From Eledone cirrhosa (taxonomy: Eukaryota): a DNA stretch of 64,000 nucleotides. Positions within the stretch are counted from its first letter, which is position 1. Every line of letters begins with the position of its first letter. Positions 26,131 through 39,325 of this stretch are shown here, one piece after another. The position numbers were made by a program, and so were the translations under genes. The stretch spans positions 744,001-808,000 of the forward strand of contig OZ024764.1 of NCBI GenBank assembly GCA_964016885.1, in the 5' to 3' direction. The notes below the pieces were generated by a model, which was given only the letters and a program-made list of their open reading frames with translations, was not told the DNA's origin and did not search any database.

Positions 26131-27984
26131 TGATTATTTTCGGCCGCATGCAAAGATGCCCATTGACCATGGTTTGCCAACTGGGTGGTGTAGGGGACGA
26201 GCCGGGGGAATACCTCCGAAGTGATACTCAGCAAGACTCTTTCTCTGAGATAACAGAATGGGCCTGCCTTTTAACGACCATGATATACAGTATACTGTGG
26301 TTTAGCACAACCTTTCTAGACCCCTCTCCATATGGAGCAAGCATTACTGTCCCTAGAGAAGGCTGCTTCGTTATTCAAGGTGTGCCGAACGATATTGTCC
26401 CCGGATCAAATCAAACGACGAGACCCCCTGCATATAGGAGTTGGACTACGGCTTCCAGTGTTGAAAATAAACAATAAAACGTAGGGATTTAATAACAAAA
26501 TATATCTTGTGTAGTTTTTCTTTAAACTCTTCCTAGCTTTCCCTGCAGCAGCTCTGTTATTATACGGGTGTCCCCTATGAGGTTTTATCGATAGGGTCTA
26601 CAGCCAACTACACATATATGTTAGGTAAGTCCGTAATTACTGTTACAGGCGAAGTGAATGTGTTTATGCACATATAAACTCGCATATCTGATGAGATATC
26701 GAGGCAGAGCCGGGCCCCTGTCATTATGACTGTACCCTGCATCTAGGGTGTGTCCCCTATCAGGTTTTTTCGGCTGTTTTACCGATAGAGTCTACAGTCC
26801 AATTACTCGATCGCCGCCCCCTACATATGTTAGGTAAGTGTGTAATTAAAGTTACATGCTGCGTTTTTGCACATATAAAGATGTATATCTGATGAGATAT
26901 CGAGGTATATATAACGGCCCACAGTTACATCTAATATAATGTTAGGTCTGTCTGTCTGTCCATACAACCTGAGATACTTTCTTTACATACTTGAAGGTTC
27001 TTATTACATTTTTGATACTTAGAACCCTTGATGGTTAATTAGATTCTTGGGAGACAGTTGGATTCGAACCTTAGATACTTCCTTTACATTCTTGATATTT
27101 AGAGCCCTTGATGGTTACTACATTCTTAGACAACCCCCAATTACATCTAATATAAGTCTCTGTCTTTTAACGTCCCAGATATACAGTATATTGTGGTAAT
27201 TACATCTAATATAATGTCTGTCTCTCACTCCATACGGCCCATAGTTGCAGTTTATAAAAAGGTGGACCTGTCTTATAACGTCCCTGATATGCAGACATCG
27301 AATATAAGGAGACCTGTCTTATAACATCGCTGATATACAGTATAACGTAATAGCTACCCCTCCATACGGTCTATAGTTATATCTAAAGATGGGCCTGTCT
27401 TTTAACGTCCCTCATATACAGTATATTGTGGTATCTGTCCCTCCATACGGCCCACTGTTACATCTACTATAATGTTGGGTGTGTCTGTCTATACTTACAA
27501 CCCACAATTGCATCTAATATAAGGATGGGCCTGTCTTTTAACGTCCCAGATATAGAGTAGATTGTAATAGCTACCCCTCCATACGGTCCATAGTTATATC
27601 TAAAGATGGGCCTTTCTTTTAACACCCCTGATATACAGTATATTGTGGTATCTGTCCCTTCATACGATCCACAGTTGCAGCTTATAAAAGGTTAGGCCTG
27701 TTTTTTAACATCCCAAGAACTGGGGTCATCTGTCAATGGCACACTTCACCGTCCATCAAGTACGTATTATTCACATTTGTATCTATATTTTTCATTATTT
27801 GTTGACAAAATAATATATGTAAACGGCATAAATGGAAGTAGTTCAGGTGTGAATATATTTTTCATTTGAAAATTGTTAATACGTTGCTGGTCATGAGGTG
27901 ATATATATGTATTGTTACGGGGTGTAGTTATGGTTGTCAATCGAAAACTGATGGTGACTGTCTTGTTCTTCAATTGTGGTTCAT

Positions 27985-28540
27985 TTGGTGACTATACAGG
28001 CAGTACATATGTCAACCCTACCTCCTTTGGTGACTGTACAGGCAGTACATATGTCTGTCTATACCTCATTTGGTGACTGTACAGGCAGTACATATGTCTG
28101 TCTATACCTCATTTGGTGACTGTACATGCAGTACATGTATCTGTCTATACCTCCTTTGGTGACTGTACAGGCAGTACATATGTCTGTCTATACCTCATTT
28201 GGTGACTGTACATGCAGTACATGTATCTGTCTATACCTCCTTTGGTGACTGTACATGCAGTACATGTATCTGTCTATACCTCCTTTGGTGACTGTACAGG
28301 CAGTACGTGTCTGTCTACACCTCATTTGGTGACTGTACAGGCAGTACACATGTCAGCCCTACCTCCTTTGGTGACTGTACATGCGTCTGTCTATATCTCC
28401 TTTGGTGACTGTACATGCAGTACATGTGTCTGTCTATATCTCCTTTGGTGACTGTACATGCAGTACATGTATCTGTCTATACCTCCTTTGGTGACTGTAC
28501 AGGCAGTACGTGTCTGTCTATACCTCATTTGGTGACTACA
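27985..28540. repeat. 43-bp minisatellite, about 12 copies
   Basis: Unit ggtgactgtacaggcagtacatatgtctgtctatacctc(a/c)ttt; a single-copy version lies at about 29715-29737. Confidence 0.92.
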
Positions 28541-30190
28541 TATTTCAGTGGAAGTGTTGTGTCACACCTCAATCTCCTTCTCGAAGGCTCACTGCTCTGT
28601 CTGGATTGTAAGATCTTCTCTGTGGCCAACGCTTGGCCAGAGGGCCAAAGACATGGAGTGTATTTACATAAGGTCGCAAAAAAGCGTTAAAAAGACATGT
28701 CTAACCTTCTATGGCTATCGCTCGACTTTAAACAAAGATGTTCAAACCCTCTTGCTGGAGGGTAAACAAAGCGGTTTAAAGACATGTCTAACTTGCGGCT
28801 CTATCGTAAGATCTTGTCGTTATCCAAGGATCCTCAAATGTAGAACAGGGTCTCCATCGAACTTCGAAAACCCCACGCCTATAGAGAGTGATCCTGGGCC
28901 GGCAATGATCCTTCATGCTAGAGACGTGCCCTGCCTAGTTAGGAGTTCAGCTTCGTGTATAATCTTCCACACGTTAGTACAGTCTACCAAATTCACTGCT
29001 CACCTTTGCCAGTCTGTTGCTGGTTTCCCTGTCGATCTTGGCACCCGATGTCATGGTGCACCCCTGCGCCAATGTTGATATAGGGAGGGTGGTACTCTTC
29101 CTGTGGTGCAGGCTGGTGGAATACTTCCATCTTCTTGAAGCTTACCGTCCAGAAAGCAGCAAGTCTCTTTCTCTGTGATAAAAGAATGGGCCTGTATTTT
29201 AACGTCCCTGATATACAGTATATTGTGGTAGCTGTCCCTCTATACGGCTGCAGTTACATCTAATGTAAGGCTAGGTCTATCTTATATACAGTGTATTGTA
29301 GTAGCTGCCCCTTTATACGACCCATAATATCATTTGTCCCTCACGCCACACGGCCCACAGTTATAAAAAGGTGGACCTGTCTTTTAATCTCCCTGATATA
29401 CAGTTATAGCAGCCCCTCTGTATATCCCACTGTTACATCTAATATAATGTTGGGTCTGTCCATCCATACAACCCACAATTACATCTAATGTAAGGATGTC
29501 GCTGTATCTATATTTTTAATTATTCGTTGACAAAATAATATATGTAAACGGAATAAATGGAAGTAATTCAGGTGTGAATATATTTTTCATTAGAAAATTG
29601 TTAATACGTTGCTGGTGCTATATGTGTTGTTACGGGGTGTAGTTATGGTTGTCAATCGAAAACCGATGGTGACTGTCTTGTGGATCGTTGGGTGACCATA
29701 CATTTGTCAGTTCCTGCCTCCTTTGGTGACTGTACAGTGTTGTGTGTAGCACACTTCAGTCTCTTTCCAGGACCAAAGGCATGTACTGTATGTGCATAAG
29801 GTCGCCAAAAAAGCGGTTAAAAGACATGTCTAACCTGTATAATCTTCTATGGTTATCGCTCGACTGTAAACAAAACTGGCTACCCTCTCACGTCTAACTT
29901 GCGTCTCTATCGCAATATCTTGTAGACATTAAAGGGTCCTGAATTGTAGAGAGGGTCACTATAGAACTTCGATAAACCCCCATAATTAAACTCCCTAAAC
30001 AATCCGTTGGCAGACATCGAAAACCTCGTCTTCGTAGCACCACCAATGCATTAATAATTGTCTTATGAAAAAAATATTTGAATCGAGAATTACTTCCCTT
30101 TGTTCCGTTTGCATATATTAATTTTTTTTTGATCAAAATTTTTCTAAAGTAGCCATAAGTACCACTATTTAACTCAGTAGAATTGCGGCC

Positions 30191-30341
30191 TTCGCGGTGG
30201 CGTGCGAACTGCGTCTCAGACTACCAGTCCCCCTGGCTGGCGTTCGATTCGTAGTGGCGTACGACTGCATCGGCCTGGGACTATTCGGGGCCGGCACATA
30301 GATGCAAGGCCCGTCCCTGACCACCGTGAAGAATTCTTTTT
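30191..30341 (+). ncRNA. Candidate structured Pol III-type small RNA
   Basis: Terminal stem ttcgcggtgg/ccaccgtgaa, internal B-box-like gttcgattc, internal hairpins, T-run just downstream; CpG-rich island in AT-rich DNA. Confidence 0.3.
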
Positions 30342-30350
30342 CAAATTTCA

Positions 30351-30531
30351 TCTAATATGCAAATGAGCTTGAAGTTCATTTACATATTAGAAGAATTGAA
30401 TTAGAAAGAATCTTAATTACTCTAGAAGCTCATTTGCATATTAGAAGCTAATTTGCATATTAGAAGAAATTTTTTTTAGAAATATATTAGAGAATCTTAA
30501 TTACATTTTTGAAGTTTCATTTACATATTAG
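30351..30531. promoter_or_regulatory. Cluster of five octamer-like (POU) motifs
   Basis: taatatgcaaatgag forward, then four reverse copies of attt(g/a)catattag. Confidence 0.45.
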
Positions 30532-30549
30532 AAGAAAAACCTTAGAGGT

Positions 30550-31305
30550 TAATTACATTCTTGGAAAGTTGGATTTGAACCTTCTTAACTTAGTTTCTAT
30601 ATAGGGAGACTTAGATTCTTGGAACCCACAATCTCACTTACATTCTTGGAAGACAGTTGGATTCGAACCTTCTTAGAACCCACAATTAGATTCTTGGAAG
30701 ACAGTTGGATTCGAACCTTAGAATCTTCTTACTACATTCTTGACTTAGATTCTAACCCTTGATGCTTCTTACTACATTCTTGACTTAGATTCGAACCTTT
30801 GATACTTTCTTTACATTATTAGATGGTTTCTACATTCTTGGAAGACAGTTGGATTCGAACCTGAGATACTCTCTTTACATACTTGAAGGTTCTTATTACA
30901 TTTTTGATACTTAGAACCCTTGATGGTTAATTAGATTCTTGGAAGACAGTTGGATTCGAACCTGAGATACTTCCTTTACATTCTTGATACTTATAACCCT
31001 TGATGGTTACTACATTCTTAGACGACTGTTGGATTCGAACCTGAGATACTTTCTTTACATACTCGAAGGTTCTTATTACATTTTTGATACTTAATCACCC
31101 TTGATGGTAACTACGTTCTTAGACGACTGTTGGATTCGAACCCTCAATGATACTTTCTACATTGTTGTCATTCTTTATTGATACTTACTCTTCATTCCCT
31201 TGATGGTACTTACTTTTCTTTCCTTAGATTCTAACCATTGAAGACACCGTCTACATTGTTTATTGGACAACCCATCTTTGGAGCGACTGCTGGATTCGAA
31301 ACCTT
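30550..31305 (-). repeat. Irregular repeat carrying about 9 Pol III B-box consensus motifs
   Basis: Recurrent ttggattcgaacc (GGTTCGAATCC on minus) interleaved with tacattctt; one more unit at about 26965-27130. Confidence 0.7.
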
Positions 31306-33734
31306 GATGAGGCTGTTTAAAATATATTTTTACCAGGAATAAATAAACAACACAATAAAGTATATGAAAAAATTGTTTTATTACAAACTTATTTCATTCT
31401 ACAGAACACTTGTGTGGCTGGACATCTGTAAAGAAGGAACACAAGAGAAGAATTAAACAATATTTCTCGTGTATTTAAATACGTTTTTGTCAATAAAAAC
31501 ACATTGAATTCTATTTTACGAAGTTGTTATTTATTATTGATGTTCATAATTAATTGAAACAACAATAAAAGCTATTTATATGTATGTGTAACGTACACAT
31601 ATTGTTTTAACGGGATATTAACCCGTTATGAAGATAAAACAGCTCCTCGACTTATTGTGTGTACTTCGTAAAGATTACAAGGAAAAGTCCTCCAAGTCAG
31701 AAACTACCACGTTCGATTGCTAAGTGGGACTATTCTGGGCCGGCACATTGAGACACGGCCCAGACCACAGTGGAGCAAATCATTAAAGGAAGAGCAACAA
31801 ACCTGGATTCAACAGCAATGAACTTAATCGAGACCATCAAGAAAGGCAAACAGATGGGCTGACCTCGTCTCCTCAGAGACAATAGATAAACTATTAGAGT
31901 AGACACCGAGGTACTGGAGAAGAACCAGTGTGTATGTATTACCAACAAGTACAAATGGTCCAGTGTCTGACAAAATAATCAACACTATTCTTGGACTATT
32001 AAGACGAAAACAAACTGAAGGGAAAATTGGTTAGGACGCCAGTCTATGGCAGGGTTAAACCCCAAGATACTGCTGGTACTCAGGCTCAGCTAAGTATACT
32101 GGAGCCACGTGAAATGAAGTGTTTTTCTCAAGAACACAACACGATCCAGGAATGGAATTTATCACATTATGATCGTAAGTCCAACACTGTCACCATTATG
32201 AATTACTGAAGTTTCACATCATACACTGTTGTGTATAGAATTAAATGTACGACATTACAAGACGGAAGATAAGATTTCCCCCATCTACAAAGTCAAGTGG
32301 GAGAAAGAGAGTTTAAAACATAGATGGTGAACAGCTGGACTTATTGTGTGTACCTCGGGGAGATTGCAAGAGGTGGGTAGCTTTTGGAAAGTTGCCCAAG
32401 TCAACAATCGAAACTACCACGTTCGATTGCTGAGAGTTAGATCTCGAGAGGAAGACAACCACACAGTGATGGGGAGAAATAGTCGACAGAAGGATTTGAT
32501 AAAGACAAAGGAAGAAGTAGGAACAATTTTAAAACTACACTAAGAAAAAATATAAATTTAATATACTGTATAACCGCAATGTATTGAAACAGGTGAGTGT
32601 GTATCTCATTAAGAATACATTAACAAGAGAAGAACTAGGCAGGTGTAAATAGTAGATGATACGAAGGAGACTAAGAGGGAAAGATCAACATAATATAAAA
32701 ATCTACGTTACCTTTCAGAAAGCTGCTATTGTCCATTGCTAAACCATTTAGCAAGAGTTTCTGTAAAGCTTGTAACATTCTACAAACTGACGGCCATTTG
32801 TTTTTTCTTGTTTAGGAGTTGAATGCGCAAGCGCGAGATTAGCATGTTCCAAGTATCTTGGCCATGCTACAGCACCATCTAAACAACCTGGCCATGTTAC
32901 AGCACTAGAATTTAATCTCTTAATTATGAACATATGTAATTCTCAGGGAGATTCAGTGTTATAAGACTGGCCATTTGAATTACAGATGACAGACTTCTAT
33001 ACAGTTTCTGTCTACCAAGTTTCAAATGGGATGTGATCGAACCTGGGACTTAATGATGGCGAAATAAACTCACGTCTTTAAACGTCTAACTTGCGTTTCT
33101 ATCGCAATATCTTGTAGACATCAAAGGATCCTGAATTGTAGAAAGGTTCACCATCGAACTTCGATAAACCCCCATAATTAAACTCCCTAAACAATCCGTT
33201 GGCAGACATCGAAAACCCCGTCTTCGCAGCACCACCAATGCATTAATAATTGTCTTATGAAAAAAAATATTTGAATCGAGAATTACTTCCCTTTGTTCCG
33301 TCTGCATATGTGGGTTTAACCCACATACTTTGGGGATTTAAGGCAACAAGACAATCGCCGACTAATTAACAATATTAAATGGTGATTACAGTTTCAGAAA
33401 ATATTTAGCACTGCTGAAGAATTGAATCAACAATTTACGGTCTTTGATCTCAATCTTGAAAGAAACATTTAAATACACCGAAATATTTGCTAAGCTCTGT
33501 AGCTGCTACAGGGAAAACTAGGAAGAGTTTTAAAACAAAATACATTAAATATATTTCCTGTGAATAAAAAAGAAACATGTTGAATTTTATTATTAAATCC
33601 CTGCATTTTATTGTTTATTTTCAACATTTTTTAGTGAATAAAAAACAAACACATAGGTTTTTCATTTTTTATTAAAATAACAACAGTGCTTAAATAAATA
33701 TATTCTACATGCCCGCACCATAGATGAAACTTAA

Positions 33735-33960
33735 GGGTCAGTCTGTCTTGTGGTTCTGGAGCTAGGGAGGATGGCAAGGGCGACATACTGAAACAGCCAC
33801 TGCACCTCACACTTGTGGGTTGCTAACTCCGCTCCGATAGCCGTGCAAAGAGGGATTTGGTCAGGCGGGGGACAAGAACACTGGGGAGTCTCCACTGCCA
33901 AAATCTCAATCACAAACATATGAAAGGGTGGCCGATACTTTGACATGAGGAGCAGCAAAG
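33735..33960 (-). mobile_element. CRE-clade endonuclease fragment
   Basis: SKY..ILAVET..AIGAELA..WLFQYVALAI, similar to 13700-13900. Confidence 0.6.
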
Positions 33961-34129
33961 CCTGGGCTGGTCACTGAACACAAAATGTTGTCACTTGAGA
34001 AAATGTCACAACGTATGACATCCTACCCTTACGAAGCGGGAAGGTTGTCATGCCGTTAATCGATATCGATCTGTTAACAGCTATTATTACGAAAAGGACA
34101 GACATACAGGAGAGAGAAAGTTCTTTAAA

Positions 34130-34310
34130 AAGTAGGTTTCCCAGTCACAGTCCTCACCCCACAGGCTGGGGGAGAGGGTTGGTAGAAATATCTGCCTACA
34201 ATCTCATGAAATATCTCTGAGTAACTGGGTGGAACAGGACCAAAGTACTAAAGACTATAGCAGAGGAGGTGGAGAGGAGTTCCAGCTGGATCTGGTAGAG
34301 GAAGAACAAC
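34130..34310 (+). mobile_element. HERO-like RLE retrotransposon C-terminus
   Basis: RGLVEISAYNLMKYL*VTGWNRTKVLKTIAEEVERSSSWIW. Confidence 0.6.
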
Positions 34311-34399
34311 AAAGGTGATCTCCATCCAGATTAAGTGACCTACACACAACAGGTTAACGATAGTCAGGTGGCTTTATTATTAAATTCATACATGGCTAT

Positions 34400-34610
34400 G
34401 TATTGGCAGTATCGGTAGAGCGTCGGACAATATGCTTTACGGCAGAGTTACGGCCCTTTACAGTCTGAATTCAAATCTCGCTGAGGTTAGCTTTGCCTTT
34501 CATCCTTATGTAGTCGATAAATAAAGTACCAGTAATGTACTGAGGTTGATTTAATCGACTTCCCCCACACCCCAAATTATTAGCCTTGTGCCTAAAGTAA
34601 AAATCATTAA
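34400..34610 (+). mobile_element. tRNA-derived SINE, near full length
   Basis: tRNA-like head tggcagtatcggtagagcg, degenerate B box, Meta-like core, tail gccttgtgcctaaagta. Confidence 0.75.
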
Positions 34611-35668
34611 ATTATTCAATGTTTACATTATTTTCCAATATTGAGGCACATGAGCTGTGTACTCCATTAGAAATACGGTACCCCCCGGGGGGGGGGGGGG
34701 GGGGGGGGGGTCTGAGAAGAAAAAGGCTGTTCAAATGGTTGATGATATCTAAAGTCTGTCCCAAGCTCGAGGACTCATCACGCCGGTCCTTACCCCGGTT
34801 TCCATGGCATGAAACACCTAAGAATATAAGACCACCCCCTGGACAGGACGCTAGTCCATCGCAGGGGTAAACCCCCACCTACAGTTGAGTATACTGGAGC
34901 ATCGTGAAATAAAATGTTTTCTCAAGAACACAACACACAACCCAGTCCAGGAATTGAACCCACCTACCTCTAATGACGGGAACTAAAAACAAAAGGTTTA
35001 CCCAGAATACATCAACATAAACTAAGATTCCACGTTATAATGGCCTGACCCACGTGGTTATTTAAGACTAGTTTATATATATAAAGATGTTATTGTATGT
35101 GGAGGGGTAGTGTTGGTGAGTAACCAGACTGCCGGCCCTTTTGTTAAAACACCTGACAAACCTCATATGTGACGTAACCCCGTAGAACGAACATACCGAG
35201 GGTTAAAGTGCTTTAAAAACTGAAATTAATTTACAACACTTTTAGATAATATTTAGCAACAATTATCTAAGGCCAATTTATATATACACACACATATATA
35301 TCTATATATATATTTACATATATATCTATATGTATATATAGATATCCATAAAACAACTCTTGGACCTGCTGGAAGAAGTGTTTGAGGAGTCTGTTTCCTC
35401 GACCCTCTCAGGAGACATGGGCATTGTGTGCAGAGGACCTGCACAGACTGGAGAGGAACGAAGCTTGCATGCTCCGTTGCTTGTGTAATAGTAATATACG
35501 TGAACGGCAAAACATAAATGAACTGAGAAATTAGGAATAAGAGGGATCAGATGAGAGAAGACTACGTTGGTATGGCCACGTGATGTATAAAAAAATTGCA
35601 GGGTGATCAAAATTGATGGAAGCTACGGAGTAGGTAGACCCAGAAAAACCTATATACACGTGTGTGTG

Positions 35669-35773
<105 letters not shown>

Positions 35774-36718
35774 GTGTGTATATATATATATATACTCACA
35801 CACAGAAAACCTTAGAAAAAACCTAAATTTCCCCCTAACACGAGGTGTTAAAAATATCCCTGTTTTGCTTACATTAGTTAAGGAGTGTTAAATAAATACA
35901 GTTGTGGGGGAACTAAATCAACATATGGTGGTAGTCTCTCATTGCTAAACATAGTAGCTATATCTCCCTCAAATTACACTCTATATAATGTCAGATATAC
36001 TAAACACGAGGTGGTCACGGCTGGAATATCTATGAACAAACAAAACAGCTTCGTTAGTCTGACATGAGACGGAGAAATGAATTTCTGAGAAAATTATTCC
36101 ACCCAGGACCACAAAAACACACCATAAAGTTAAGATACATGTTTTTAAAGACCCTAAACAAATATCACCACATGAAAACAAGGGTAAAGATAAATGACAC
36201 CAACTTAACATTTGTATTGAAGAAGTTTGTAGTATCTGGGGCTGACAACGAACTTCTATCGTTGTTGGGGGCTGGTTTTACTAAAATATTACACAATGGG
36301 TCTTGGGGGAGTCGGGCTCCCATTTGTAAAGTTAGTTGTAATGTCTAAAGTTTTATTAGTTATATATTAAATAACTTTACAAATGGGAGTGAAATATAAA
36401 CACATGATATATACAAAGTATATAATGTTTTAAATATATACATAAATAATATTACAAATACTTAGACAACATTATAAAGTACCAGTAATGCACTGGGTAT
36501 TTGCTGGCCTTGTGCCTAAAGTAGAAACAATTATAAATTGCTCGCGATTCTGTCAGGAGGATATTTTCTTTTAATGTTGCAATATTAAAGAAAATATTAA
36601 GGAAGGGGTGAACAACGGAGCCAACACCAGAGCAAAAGACAGCAACGAGGGGCACTGGGCAACCTCTCTAATGATTTCTGAGGCAAGCCAGCACACTGGC
36701 AGTGTTACCTCGGGTGAT

Positions 36719-36910
36719 GGCGAGGCTGAGGTGCTGGAACAACCAAGCACCCTCGCCATATTCACCAGTTACCTCTATTAGGTGAGACTGAGGTGCTGGA
36801 ACAACTAAGCACCCTCGCCAGATTCACCAGTTACCTCTGTTAGGCGAGGCTGAGGTGTTGGAACAACCAAGTACCCTGGAGAGATTCACCAGTTACCTCC
36901 ATTAGGGGAG
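36719..36910. repeat. 62-bp tandem repeat, about 3 copies (duplicated at about 42084-42275)
   Basis: ggcgaggctgaggtgctggaacaaccaagcaccctcgcca.attcaccagttacctct.tta. Confidence 0.85.
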
Positions 36911-38089
36911 CCGCCAGCGCAGAGGAAAGTCGCAGTCAGCGACCCGACTCCTCCAAAAGTCTCGAAAGCTACAAAGCTGGGAATATTACACAATACTAAT
37001 AAATGAACATATTACAGTACCTTAGTTTCACTGTTACCTGCAGCAAAGTCGTCAATGTTTTGGCTTGCCATTAAAAATATTTAGAAGGGAACCCTAATAT
37101 TTTCTGTAACAATGTGTAATTGGGGGTGTGTCTTGTCACGTTGGGAATTTTTACCTTCCCTTATTTCTATAATTAATTCCCCTCTCTCTATATATATATA
37201 TTAATTAGTTAATAATATTGGTTATATAAACTAGTTAATAATTGTTTCTACTTTAGGCACAAGGCCAGCAAATACCCAGTGCATTACTGGTACTTTATTT
37301 TATCGACCCCGTAAGGATGAAAGGCAAAGTCAACCTCGGCGGGATTTGAACTCAGATTGTAAATAAACTAGTTAATAATATTAGTTAGATAAGACATTGT
37401 TAATATAGAAAATAAGGTTTTATGTTCCGTCAAACTCAAAATTCCCGGTCTTCTGCACAACACGTGCTACCTTGCAAAGTTAGCCACACATTCTCAGTCA
37501 CGTTTTCGTATTTTCGCAGTGAAATTTTTTAATTAGTTTAATATGGAATAAAGTTTATTAAGCAAATTTCTATTTAATTATATACTTTAATTACTTAATA
37601 AGATTAATATATATATATGTGTGTGTGTGTATATATACATAGGTATATATGTGTATATATATGTGTGTGTGTATATATATATATGTGTGTGTGTATATAT
37701 ATATATGTGTGTGCGTGTATATATATATATATATGTGTGTATATATATCATTGTTTACTGATGGGTGAGACTGGTTTGTCCCACTTGAGGCAACTCGGGT
37801 CAGGTGACCATGTCTTGCTCATACACAACTGTTTCTGGCTGGATGCTCTTCCTAACACCAACCACATTTACAGTGAGTGCTGGGTGCTTTTTGTTGCATC
37901 ACTTACACAACCCTTCTACAGTGTGGACTGGGGCTTTCTGTGATACCAACATAACTTTGCAGTGGGAGGGTGGTGTAGGGGTGTGTGGAAGGGGGTATAG
38001 TGGAGTAAGAGGTGCCTACTGGGAGTCTGTTGTGTGCAAGGGAATGTGGGTCTTCTGTATTACTGCATAGCACCAGACATCTCAATCCT

Positions 38090-38830
38090 GAGTCATTGTC
38101 TTTGATAGGTATAATTGTGCAAGGTCAGGTTTTATCACCTCGTCCCAGGTCTTGCTACCCCATAGCTTCCATCAATTTTGATCACCCTGCACCTTTTCAT
38201 ACAGCTGTCATCTTTCATACAAATCACATGACCATACCAATGCAATCTCCTCTATAGTATACTGCATCTGACCCCCCTGTGCCCAGTTTCTCATTTACAC
38301 TTTGCCGAGTATATTTCGATTACACATTCATCGGAGAATGCAGTCTGCATCACCCAGGTAATGGAAAGTGTCGACTATTTCTATAGAACCATCTGGGCAA
38401 TAGAAGGAGCTAGTATCCCGTGGGTGCTTGCTACTTACTGCACCTGAGCATCAGCCACATATAAAATCTATGTTCTTAGATAGCTTACCTGTGATCCCAC
38501 TACATCTTTTATGTACCCATACTTTGCATTTGGGACACAGAATGGAGTTTCTGCCTCCACCTTTCCTACACACTGAGCATGGCCATTTCCCAGAGGGGAC
38601 CTGTGCCCTATTTTCCTTCCTACATACTAGAACTTTAGTCTTAGACAAGTTAACTTTAAGTCCTGTTGATTCTAGGCCATGCTTCCATGTTTGGAATTTC
38701 TTCTCTAGTTCAGCTATGAGCGTTAGATCATCTGCATATAGAAGTTCCCATGGGCAGCCGGTCTTGAACTCCTCTGTTATAGCCTGAAGGGCAATAATAA
38801 ACAGGAGGGGATAAGGATGAAGCCTTGAGG
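38090..38830 (-). mobile_element. RTE-clade LINE RT fragment with Cys-rich insert
   Basis: LLFIIALQAITEEFKTGCPWELLYADDL (YADD), GLKVNLSKTKVL, WPCSVCRKG..CKVWVHKRCSGI. Confidence 0.9.
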
Positions 38831-39274
38831 AACGCATAAATAATACATATATATATATACTGTATACATACAGGAGCAATGTGAAATAAAGTGTCTTGCT
38901 CAAGCCCTGCATAAAATATACTTTTACTATCTCTAGAGCAGTGGTCCCCAAATCGTGTGCCACGAGATGAAACTAGATGAGCTGCAAAAGACTAAAATTA
39001 AGTTAAGATGTGAAAAATATAAAACTGAAATTTGTATAAAAGTTGAAATATTGTTGCAGCCCCAGACTTATGTGTTTATAACTTTCTTTAATACTCTAAT
39101 TATTTCTTTTCATGAGATTGAATAAAATATTATACGTCTACATAGACGAGTGCCATCATACACAAAACACCAACAGTTTTGCAAGAGATGTCAACATGAA
39201 TGGACCTGTTATTTTTATCTAAAGACATTTCTTCCAATTCCACCCCACCCGTCCCCTCAGTCTATTGTATTTCT

Positions 39275-39325
39275 CATTCTTTCTTCTGATGAAGGACTAG
39301 CGTCTGAAACGTTAAAACCCTCTTC
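39275..39325 (+). ncRNA. Degenerate hammerhead motif of a Penelope-like pseudo-LTR (duplicated at about 44645-44695)
   Basis: CTGATGA-A-GGAC tagc GTCT-GAAAC; stems I and III are not convincing. Confidence 0.45.

Noticed and set aside
26688-26720. ctgatgagatatcgagg as a hammerhead core (also about 18655 and 26890)
   Set aside because: No GAAA and no stems I or III.
29890-30050. LSKFYSDPLYNSG resembling a Polinton integrase N-terminus
   Set aside because: The motif is not kept in the paralogous copies, stops are shared, and no DDE core follows.
30550-31305. tRNA gene cluster
   Set aside because: Only T-loop/B-box motifs; no acceptor, D or anticodon arms found.
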